Part shown: positions 26,675 to 34,213 of the stretch, in pieces | Layout: each line of letters begins with the position of its first letter | Position numbering within the stretch: the stretch's first letter is position 1 | From: Minisyncoccota bacterium | Lineage (GTDB): Bacteria; Patescibacteriota; Minisyncoccia; Phycocordibacterales; GWA1-40-21 | Length of the DNA stretch: 64,000 nt | Assembly (NCBI GenBank): GCA_041656855.1 | Contig: JBBACS010000003.1 | Coordinates: 4,902 to 68,901 of the forward strand | Direction: 5' to 3' | Program-made: the position numbers and the translations under genes | Notes under the pieces: model-generated | Databases searched by the model: none | What the model was told of the DNA's origin: nothing | What the model saw: the letters and a program-made list of their open reading frames with translations, nothing else

Positions 26675-27046
26675 ATGAGAGACCCAAATTGTATATTTTG
26701 TAAAATTATAAATAAAGAAATTGCTGCTGAAATAGTGTATGAGGATGATAAATTCTTAGCTTTCATGGATAATTTTCCACGTACTGCAGGACACACTCAA
26801 GTAATACCTAAAGACCACTATAGATGGGTTTGGGATGTTCCAAACGCAGGAGAATATTTTGAAGTAGTCAAAAAAATTGCTTTGGCTCAAAAGAAAGCTT
26901 TCGGACAAGATATTATAGAAGGAAAAATTGAAGGTATGGATGTACATCACGCACATTTCTGGGTATTTCCTCACGAAACTCCAAAAGATTGTGATATAAA
27001 AGATTTAAAATGTAACGCGGAAAAAATAAGAAAGGAATTAAAATAA
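26675..27046 (+). CDS. HIT-family (histidine triad) protein
   Basis: CIFCKIINKEI, GHTQVIPKDHY and DVHHAHFWVFP. Confidence 0.85.
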   Translation: MRDPNCIFCKIINKEIAAEIVYEDDKFLAFMDNFPRTAGHTQVIPKDHYRWVWDVPNAGEYFEVVKKIALAQKKAFGQDIIEGKIEGMDVHHAHFWVFPHETPKDCDIKDLKCNAEKIRKELK

Positions 27047-27051
27047 AAAAT

Positions 27052-27087
27052 AAGGGCGGGCTGTTTACGGCCCGCCCTTATTTTTTA
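27052..27087 (+). terminator. intrinsic terminator after the HIT gene
   Basis: agggcggg-ctgtttacgg-cccgccct followed by a T-run. Confidence 0.85.
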
Positions 27088-27190
27088 TTTTATCCCTTGT
27101 ATCAATTCCACAAAATTTTCTACCCCAGTCAAATAAAAATTCAATTTGACGGGGCAAGCCTTCAAACAATTTTATACTATTTATTTTAAA

Positions 27191-27949
27191 TTAAAGCCCC
27201 TTTATTAATTCTATAAAGTTATCCGTCTTGAGACTTTCTCTTCCTATAAGAAGCCCGTCAACATTTCCTTCTTCAATTATTCTTTTGGAATTATTTTTTG
27301 TAACAGAACCACCATAAAGTATTTTTACTTTTTCCATTTCTTTTGCCCCTATGATATCACTCAGTAATCTTTTTATATAAATAGTTATTTCATGAAGTTG
27401 ATCTGGCTTTATGGCTTCATTTTCTGGTCTGCCTACTGCCCAAACAGGTTCATAAGCAATTATCAGATTGCTGACAAACTTTTTAGGTAATTTTATAAGG
27501 GCATCTTCAATTTGTTTTTTAATTACATGATAATGATCCCCATGTTCGTTTCTTTCTTTTTCTCCAACACATAATATTACTTTTAGTCCTTCCCTGAGTG
27601 ATCCAATCATTTTTTCTTTTACAATTTCATCGCTATCAAAAGTTGCCCTGCGTTCTGAATGCCCTACCAAAACATATTTTACTCCAGCCTTTTTTAGTTG
27701 TTGTATACTTACTTCACCTGTATGAGACACCCCCTGCCCGATAAATACATCTTGAGCACCTAAAATTATTTTTTTAGATGACGAAATTACTCCAGCCACT
27801 TCATTTAAAAAAATAAAAGGTGGACATACTATTATACGAATATCTCCAAAACTTTTAGACTTTTTATTTATTTCAGTTATTATCTCTTTTGCTTTTTCAG
27901 ATGATGCAGGATTCATTTTCCAATTGGCTACAATCAATTTTGTATTCAT
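27191..27949 (-). CDS. tpiA: triosephosphate isomerase
   Basis: IVANWKMN, VLVGHSERR, AYEPVWAVG and LYGGSV. Confidence 0.95.
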   Translation of the reverse strand: MNTKLIVANWKMNPASSEKAKEIITEINKKSKSFGDIRIIVCPPFIFLNEVAGVISSSKKIILGAQDVFIGQGVSHTGEVSIQQLKKAGVKYVLVGHSERRATFDSDEIVKEKMIGSLREGLKVILCVGEKERNEHGDHYHVIKKQIEDALIKLPKKFVSNLIIAYEPVWAVGRPENEAIKPDQLHEITIYIKRLLSDIIGAKEMEKVKILYGGSVTKNNSKRIIEEGNVDGLLIGRESLKTDNFIELIKGL

Positions 27950-27996
27950 ACGAAGATTATATCATCACGAGCCATAAAATAAAATCATTTTTAAAA

Positions 27997-28063
27997 ATAT
28001 CCCACAAGGGGATACAAGAAAATATAGTCGCCTCACTCCTTATTTTCCAATAAAAAACCCCGC
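27997..28063 (+). repeat. 67-nt repeat (copy 1) with palindrome TATCCCACAAGGGGATA
   Basis: About 58/67 identical to 47921-47990, in the same orientation. Confidence 0.7.
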
Positions 28064-28067
28064 TAAC

Positions 28068-28214
28068 TTAAGCAGGGTGGAGTTTTTTCTTAAAAACCCC
28101 TTTTACAAACTTATAAAATCTTTTTACAAGCTTAAAAAGCTCTATGAAAATTAAAAATACCACAAAGATAGGGGTCAGAAACAAAGACGCAATATTATCA
28201 ACGTTTCCTCTCAT
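28068..28214 (-). CDS. possible 48-aa membrane peptide (below the ORF-track cutoff)
   Basis: SD tgaGGAGGttgtatATG. MRGNVDNIASLFLTPIFVVFLIFIELFKLVKRFYKFVKGVFKKKLHPA. The stop lies in the loop of a terminator-like hairpin (ccctgc-ttaagtta-gcgggg plus T-run). Confidence 0.4.
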   Translation of the reverse strand: MRGNVDNIASLFLTPIFVVFLIFIELFKLVKRFYKFVKGVFKKKLHPA

Positions 28215-28318
28215 ATACAACCTCCTCATAGTTTAGACTCACCCAAACACAATATACACCTACAAAATATTTTTACAAATAGATTGGAACATATAAGCCT
28301 AAGTGATATAATATTCAC

Positions 28319-28780
28319 ATGGAAAACAAGATCTCATGGCAAGCACTTGAATATAAAAGAAAAGACAAAACCGCAGACTGGTATTGGGCTGTCGGACTTA
28401 TTGCTCTATCAATAGTAATAATATCCTTTATCACACACAATGTATTCTTTGCTGTATTGGTAATTATATCCACAGCAATCTTACTATCTTTTTCTATAAC
28501 AGCACCGAGAATGCTAAATATAAGCATAAATCAAAAAGGCCTTGCTGTGGAAAAAGATTTATACCCATTTGCAACACTAGAATCTTTTTGGGTGGAAGGA
28601 AAAGACGAAGACAACCAGAAAATACTATTCAAATCTAAAAAAATATTAATGCCTCTTATAATGGTTCCGCTTGAAGAACACCACCATTTAGACGTAAGAG
28701 AATTCCTATTGCAATATCTTCCAGAAGTAGAAATGCATGAGTCAACATCAAAAAAAATAATGGAAAAACTCGGATTTTAA
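28319..28780 (+). CDS. hypothetical membrane protein
   Basis: 153 aa with two TM helices near the N-terminus and a soluble C-terminus. Confidence 0.6.
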   Translation: MENKISWQALEYKRKDKTADWYWAVGLIALSIVIISFITHNVFFAVLVIISTAILLSFSITAPRMLNISINQKGLAVEKDLYPFATLESFWVEGKDEDNQKILFKSKKILMPLIMVPLEEHHHLDVREFLLQYLPEVEMHESTSKKIMEKLGF

Positions 28781-28875
28781 TCCATTTTCTCCGACGTTTC
28801 AGTCGGAGCCCCGACCAAATGCGTCGGGGTTGTTTTACTTTTTTGCCCCTTTGGCTTAAACTGCTAATCATCCAT

Positions 28876-28947
28876 CCTCTCATCGTTCAATGGATAGGAT
28901 AAACCCTTGCGAAGGGTTTGATGTTGGTTCGATTCCAACTGAGAGGA
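28876..28947 (+). tRNA. tRNA-Arg (GCG)
   Basis: cctctca acceptor, D-arm gttc-aatggata-ggat (with G-U pairs), anticodon arm aaccc-ttGCGaa-gggtt, T-arm gttgg-ttcgatt-ccaac, then tgagagg plus A. Confidence 0.8.
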
Positions 28948-28981
28948 CAAAATGAAATACCCGAAAGGGTTTTTTCGTTTT

Positions 28982-29145
28982 GTCCTCTCAAGCAAGCAAA
29001 CTGCTTTGCTTGCGGGTTTGAATCGAACAGCGGAATGATATTTTTTCAGCAGAAAAATGAATGAGCTGGTGCCCAGACAAATCCGAGTGACGACGAGGAT
29101 TTAGTCGCGGGAGATAAATGTAATCATGTTCCAACTGAGAGGACA
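28982..29145 (+). ncRNA. tRNA-cognate minihelix-mimic element, Arg(GCG)-type (type II)
   Basis: gtcctctca, hairpin gcaagcaaa-ctgc-tttgcttgc, gggtttgaatcgaac, agcggaat, hairpin tttttc-agca-gaaaaa, gaatgagctggtgcccagac, hairpin aaatcc-GAGTGACGACGA-ggattt, agtcgcgggaga, then ttccaactgagaggaca (verbatim tRNA 3' end). Confidence 0.7.
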
Positions 29146-29147
29146 AC

Positions 29148-29173
29148 AAAAAATCCCCTTTCGGGGATTTTTT
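29148..29173. terminator. bidirectional intrinsic terminator (mimic element / rpsT)
   Basis: aaaaaatcccc-tttc-ggggatttttt. Confidence 0.85.
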
Positions 29174-29444
29174 ATTTCTTTGCTTTCGCTTTATTCAAGA
29201 ATAATGTGATTCTTGATTTATATCTTGCAGCTGCATTCTTTTTTATGAATTTAACTTTTGCTGCTTTGTCTATTGCTGTATAAACTTCTGGTAGCATTTT
29301 TTCTGCTTCCTTTATTTTATTTGCTTTTACGAGTTTTTGGATACCTTTTATGGCTTTTTCCATAGCATTGCTTCTGCGTGTATTAAATACCGCTTTCTTT
29401 TTTGCTACTCTTAAGGCTTTCTTTGCTGATGCTATTATAGGCAT
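29172..29444 (-). CDS. rpsT: 30S ribosomal protein S20
   Basis: MPIIASAKKALRVAKKKAVFNTRRSNAMEKAIK... Confidence 0.9.
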   Translation of the reverse strand: MPIIASAKKALRVAKKKAVFNTRRSNAMEKAIKGIQKLVKANKIKEAEKMLPEVYTAIDKAAKVKFIKKNAAARYKSRITLFLNKAKAKK

Positions 29445-29602
29445 TTGTTTAATTGATTAATCAAATAATATCGAGACACGATTTATTGATAGGTTTATAC
29501 ATTAACACCTTCACAATAAGAAATCAATATGTGTTTGACATAATACTTTATATTCTATAATCTTATTTTAGAAGTAAAAAATCTCATTATTGGAGGGATA
29601 AA

Positions 29603-29938
29603 ATGAATAATAAAAATGAAGGGGACAAGAAAATCGAGCGACTTTTAAAAAGCGTTCTAACTTGGCCAGAAGAATTAAAAACGGATGTTCCTTATAGGAG
29701 GAAACATGATGATAACGAAGGTAAGAATGAATATTTACAAGTTTCATTCACCTGCGATGGAGATGCATGGATAAAAATCAATAAACCATCGCCATCAATA
29801 GCACATGGATCTTCGCTGCGTTTCCGAATGGTTCCTTGTGGTGGTGGTGCGAGCCCCAGAGTTAAAAACGCGCTCATGATACTTGCCTACGCAATCCACT
29901 TGGATAATAAAGATTATCCCGAGATGGAAGGAAAATGA
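29603..29938 (+). CDS. hypothetical protein (orphan, strong SD)
   Basis: 111 aa. SD attGGAGGgataaaATG. Own terminator at 29949-29981. Looks more G+C-rich than its surroundings. Confidence 0.6.
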   Translation: MNNKNEGDKKIERLLKSVLTWPEELKTDVPYRRKHDDNEGKNEYLQVSFTCDGDAWIKINKPSPSIAHGSSLRFRMVPCGGGASPRVKNALMILAYAIHLDNKDYPEMEGK

Positions 29939-29998
29939 TAAAAAATATAACCTCATGGATTAATTCCATGAGGTTATTTTTATGATATAATTTTAGAC

Positions 29999-30568
29999 AT
30001 GATAGCAAAAATAGAAGGCATAGTTTGGGACACAAATATTAAATTTCTTACTGTCGGAGTCGGTGGTATTGGTTTTAAAGTTTTCACAACTGCCGAAACA
30101 AAAGAAATTTCTGTAAAAGGAAATAAAATTCCTTTATTTACACATTTGGTAGTCAGAGAAGATGCACTGGATCTTTATGGTTTCCTCACAGAAGAAGAAC
30201 TTCAGTTTTTTGAAATGATAATTTCCATTTCCGGCATCGGACCAAAAACGGCAATAAATGTTCTGAACATCAGTTCAGTTCCTGCACTCAAGCGTGCGAT
30301 CTCAACCGGCGACACTTCCCATCTTACAAAAGTTTCTGGCATTGGAAAAAAGATTGCAGATAAGATGGTTTTAGAACTCAAAGATAAAGTTGGAGTTTCA
30401 AATGATGAAAATGACATAACTTTGCGTGATGAAATAGATGCAATTGAAGCACTCAAAGCTCTTGGTTACAATCCAAAAGACGCACGTGATGCATTGCGAG
30501 ATGTAGATAAAAAAATTACTAAGACTGGAGACAGAATAAAAGCTGCATTAAAGATCTTGGGTAAATAA
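29999..30568 (+). CDS. ruvA: Holliday junction DNA helicase subunit RuvA
   Basis: MIAKIEGIV..., REDALDLYGF, FEMIISISGIGPKTAINVL, LTKVSGIGKKIADKMVLELK and ALKALGY. Confidence 0.9.
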   Translation: MIAKIEGIVWDTNIKFLTVGVGGIGFKVFTTAETKEISVKGNKIPLFTHLVVREDALDLYGFLTEEELQFFEMIISISGIGPKTAINVLNISSVPALKRAISTGDTSHLTKVSGIGKKIADKMVLELKDKVGVSNDENDITLRDEIDAIEALKALGYNPKDARDALRDVDKKITKTGDRIKAALKILGK

Positions 30569-30756
30569 GAAAAATTTTAAAAGCAGTTGAAGAACTGCTT
30601 TTAAAATACCAGGTTTTCTTTTCGTTATAAGTGTCCGCCACCGCGGACTTCTAAACACAACTCGCTTCACTCAGCTGATTACAGCTTCGCGAATCGATCT
30701 ACGATAATTTAAAAAATAAATAAGAAGGGGGCTCGCTTCGCGAGCCCCCTTCTTAT

Positions 30757-30990
30757 TTATTGTCTCACATAATATACAGTTGCTGGACCTCCATAATTAT
30801 TATTTACATAAACTCTGCGATAAGTAGGCTGTTGATTTACAACTTGAACCTTTGATGGTTTATACTCTGCGACAGCACTTATATTATTTCTTTTTGCCAT
30901 ATCTGCCTTAAAACCACTCCAAAACATAGAGATAAATGCAAATAATAACAAATAACCAAAAAATTTATCAAACTCTTCATTCCAGCCCAT
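30757..30990 (-). CDS. small membrane protein, hypothetical
   Basis: ATG at 30990 (MGWNEEFDKFFGYLLLFAFISMFW...). The track start 31026 is a TTG inside the TIR element. Terminator at 30722-30754. Confidence 0.5.
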   Translation of the reverse strand: MGWNEEFDKFFGYLLLFAFISMFWSGFKADMAKRNNISAVAEYKPSKVQVVNQQPTYRRVYVNNNYGGPATVYYVRQ

Positions 30991-31005
30991 TGTAATAATA
31001 TATTT

Positions 31006-31140
31006 ACCCGAGAAAATTTTTGCCAATAAAAATTGTTTGTTTCGACTTTGCCACTGTCAATGTTGTGTTGTTTTCGTCTATTATCATAATTTAGTGTATT
31101 TGATTAATTTTTAAAAACTTTGGCAAAAACTTTAACGGGT
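31006..31140 (+). repeat. TIR-bounded intergenic element, copy B (135 bp)
   Basis: ACCCGAGAAAATTTTTGCCAA (31006-31026) ... TTGGCAAAAACTTTAACGGGT (31120-31140). It fills the gap between the mutM stop and the ATG at 30990. Confidence 0.7.
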
Positions 31141-32075
31141 TAATTTAATTTTTGGTGAACGTCACAATAGTGTGCGCTTCTTCCACCAACTTTTATTCTT
31201 CTAATAATTCCCCCGTCATTCTTTTTACATTTTTCTCCTGTTCTTCTGTAAACTTTATGAATATTTTGATAACCGCCTTTTTTACCAAGCGGGTTCCTAT
31301 AGTCAGACATAGAATCTCCCCCGACTTTTATAGATTCATTGAGAACTTTTATAACATTTTTGAAAAGCAATTTCAATCTCATATCACTAATATCTTTTAC
31401 TTTTTGCATTGGATGAATATAAGACATCCACAAAACTTCATCTGAATAAATATTACCTATTCCAGAAATTATTTCTTGGTCCATGAGCACTGTTTTAATC
31501 TTTCCGTTTGGTTTTTTAAGCAATCTTTCTTTAAAAATTTTATATGTAAAAATCCTGCTCAGTGGTTCAGGTCCAAGCTTCTTAAGGTCAGGTATCTCGG
31601 ACATTTTGTCCGTGTCGTATACAAAAACTTTAGCAAATTTTCTTGTGTCCGAAAGTACTAAAGTGTTTTTATCTGACAAACTAAACGCAAGATGGATGAA
31701 ACGATTGTACGGATCGGAAAGCATACTACCAGCTGGGGGGAACCACTTTTTGTTTTCAAATTTATATTTTCCATATAAAAGATGCCCGGTCATTTTCATG
31801 TGAACTAGAATAGTTTTGCGTGCAACGAGGCCATCAGGCTTTTCGTTGTTTCCTGAAACATTGATTAACACATTTTTCGCTCTTCTTTCTACACCCAAAA
31901 TTTTTTTATTCAAAATTTGTTTCTTAAATAAAGGAAAATAATTCCTGTCCTTTATATTATTTTTACCTTTATGAAATGAGGAATCATAGTCAGTCCACAC
32001 GTCTAAAATAGTGAGTCCTTTAACTCGTCTGTTTAAGATATTTACTGTTGTTTGTACCTCTGGCAGTTCTGGCAT
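31140..32075 (-). CDS. mutM: formamidopyrimidine-DNA glycosylase (Fpg/MutM)
   Basis: MPELPEVQTT N-terminal catalytic Pro-Glu, MKMTGHL, an H2TH region, and a C-terminal zinc finger C..C...C..H-type (EKCKKNDGGIIRRIKVGGRSAHYCDVHQ). Confidence 0.9.
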   Translation of the reverse strand: MPELPEVQTTVNILNRRVKGLTILDVWTDYDSSFHKGKNNIKDRNYFPLFKKQILNKKILGVERRAKNVLINVSGNNEKPDGLVARKTILVHMKMTGHLLYGKYKFENKKWFPPAGSMLSDPYNRFIHLAFSLSDKNTLVLSDTRKFAKVFVYDTDKMSEIPDLKKLGPEPLSRIFTYKIFKERLLKKPNGKIKTVLMDQEIISGIGNIYSDEVLWMSYIHPMQKVKDISDMRLKLLFKNVIKVLNESIKVGGDSMSDYRNPLGKKGGYQNIHKVYRRTGEKCKKNDGGIIRRIKVGGRSAHYCDVHQKLN

Positions 32076-32273
32076 GATTGATTTTTAAGGAGCAAAGCGA
32101 CTATAAAAATCATCACCCCGTGAAATACAAATCGTAGATTCGTAATCCGCTAATGCGGATATTTCACTGGGGTTAGTCTAAACTTCACTCTGCTCATTTT
32201 CAATACTAAATCAAAACTAAAAAAAGTAAACAAAGGGTTGTACTTATCAAATAAATAACATAAGATAAAAGAG

Positions 32274-33149
32274 ATGAAAAAAAATATTCTAGCAAAAATC
32301 ATAGTATCACTATCAGTTGTAGCTGTTGGTGTTTCAGCATATATATTTACTCCACAATTTTCTGAATTAGCCAGTTTGTCCAATAAAAAAGATATGATAA
32401 AAGTATTAATAGTCCCGGGCCATGAACCAAATGCTGGTGGTGCTGATGAATTTAAAAAAATAAAAGAAAGAGACTTAAATCTTCAACTTTCAAAACTTAT
32501 TGTCAGCAAATTTGCCTCCAGTTCTAATATAGAAATAATCCTTGCTCGCGATACAAATGGTTGGAACAGTGATTTGAAAAATTACGTTGAAACAAGCTCA
32601 TCAACAATCTTGAAATGGGTTGCTGATATGAAAACAGAAATGCTGGCAAAGATTAATTCTGGACAAATGAAATTGATAAACCCTGGAATGAAACACAATG
32701 TCGCTGCATCAAATGCTGTCCTATACTTATATAGTACGAATAAATGGATTGCAGAAAAAAATATTGATTTAGTATTACACGTTCACTTTAACAATAACCC
32801 AAAAATAAACGGCAGGCCAAATTATCGTGGCTATTGTATGTATGTACCTGATGGACAATATAATAATGCTTCAAGCAGTTTAATTTTAGCAAAATATTTA
32901 GATGTAGAAATTTCCAAAATAGAAAAGAAAAGTAATATGCCTCAAGAATCAAAAATTATTATTCCGGATCAACAACTTATAGCAACTGGAAATTTTGATA
33001 CTCTAAAAATTCCTTCAGTTGTAATTGAGTATGCATACATATATGAACCTATGATGTTGAGCTCTAGCACAAGAAATAATTTTATAGAAAAGGCAGCATC
33101 TTCTACAGCAGTCGCAATTAAAAATTATATTGCAAATACTTTTAGATAA
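32274..33149 (+). CDS. N-acetylmuramoyl-L-alanine amidase-like (Amidase_3-type) exported protein
   Basis: Signal/anchor, then LIVPGHEPNAGGA and LVLHVHFNNNP, resembling the Zn-ligand motifs of Amidase_3. Confidence 0.55.
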   Translation: MKKNILAKIIVSLSVVAVGVSAYIFTPQFSELASLSNKKDMIKVLIVPGHEPNAGGADEFKKIKERDLNLQLSKLIVSKFASSSNIEIILARDTNGWNSDLKNYVETSSSTILKWVADMKTEMLAKINSGQMKLINPGMKHNVAASNAVLYLYSTNKWIAEKNIDLVLHVHFNNNPKINGRPNYRGYCMYVPDGQYNNASSSLILAKYLDVEISKIEKKSNMPQESKIIIPDQQLIATGNFDTLKIPSVVIEYAYIYEPMMLSSSTRNNFIEKAASSTAVAIKNYIANTFR

Positions 33150-33621
33150 AAAGTTTGTATCCGACTATTCCAAAAGAAACAGAAACATTTAATGACTCTT
33201 TATTTCCGGTCATTGGTATTTCTGCAATAATATCGCAAAGAGCTAAAGTTTTTTTATCAATTCCTCCAACTTCATTCCCCATTACTATTGCAACCTGATT
33301 TTTTACTTTTATTTTGTCATACCCGACAGATTTTTTATCTTGTTCAACAGCAATTATTTGAAAGCCATCTTTTTTTAGTTTTTTAATTATTTTTTTTGTG
33401 TCGTTACAGTATTCCCAAGCAATATCTTTTTCAGCTCCGAGGGCAACTTTCGCCAAATCATTTCGTGCCCGCCCAAATCTATCTGTTGGTGTTGGAGTAC
33501 ATCCGCATAAATATATTTTATCTATCCCAAGTGCATCACTTGTACGGAAAATAGAGCCGACATTATAGACGCTCCTGATATTATCCAAAATTACTACTCT
33601 TTGTTTTTTTCTATTATTCAT
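33142..33621 (-). CDS. SpoU/TrmH-family RNA methyltransferase (small, TrmL-like)
   Basis: VVILDNIRSVYNVGSIFRTSDALGI, VMGNEVGGI and IPMTGNKESLNVSVSFGIV. ATG at 33621. Confidence 0.85.
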   Translation of the reverse strand: MNNRKKQRVVILDNIRSVYNVGSIFRTSDALGIDKIYLCGCTPTPTDRFGRARNDLAKVALGAEKDIAWEYCNDTKKIIKKLKKDGFQIIAVEQDKKSVGYDKIKVKNQVAIVMGNEVGGIDKKTLALCDIIAEIPMTGNKESLNVSVSFGIVGYKLFI

Positions 33622-33678
33622 TACTTTTGCAATATACACCTTTTTGATATTTAATTCTATTATAGTATAATCCTAAAT

Positions 33679-34086
33679 ATGATATTAAACACATTTCCAG
33701 ACCTATTAACGTTCAGTCAAATGTCACCTCTAATTTTGAGGGTTGTTTTGGGACTTATAATTATAAACTTGGGATTTCTAAAACTCGGCAAAGAAAAAAT
33801 TGCTTGGCGAGAACTTTTTGAAACAATAAATCTCCTTCCTGCCAGAATATTAGTAAAAGTATTAGCCGTCATAGAAATAATAGGCGGTCTTATATTAATA
33901 ATTGGAGCTTATACCCAGCTTACCTCAATAATATTCGCTATATTATTCTTCTGTGAAGCAATCTTAGAATATAGAGAATCAAATCTAGAAAAAAGAAATC
34001 TTACTTTTTATATATTGATGTTTACTATTTCTCTATCACTAGTTTTCCTAGGAGCAGGAGCATTCGCCCTTGATTTGCCTCTATAA
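33679..34086 (+). CDS. DoxX-family membrane protein
   Basis: LILRVVLGLIIINLGFLKL and IEIIGGLILIIGAYTQL. Four TM helices. Confidence 0.7.
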   Translation: MILNTFPDLLTFSQMSPLILRVVLGLIIINLGFLKLGKEKIAWRELFETINLLPARILVKVLAVIEIIGGLILIIGAYTQLTSIIFAILFFCEAILEYRESNLEKRNLTFYILMFTISLSLVFLGAGAFALDLPL

Positions 34087-34213
34087 TTATAGGTTGACAA
34101 AATGCTATTTTTCGTATATACTATAAGGTAAATGTAAGTTCTTTTTAATATAGTCGTCATCTGAAAAGGATGATGTTTGAATAAACTACGCTTAGTGCGT
34201 AAAGGAGGGAAAA

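Noticed and set aside
28982-29145. Mimic elements as ordinary att-site duplications left by integrase-mediated insertion into tRNA genes
   Set aside because: This is not rejected outright, but it is insufficient on its own. The intervals are only 115-220 nt and carry no cargo or integrase. Each also contains an antisense copy of the tRNA end, and the inserts share covarying RNA helices. Classical attL/attR scars do not explain these features.
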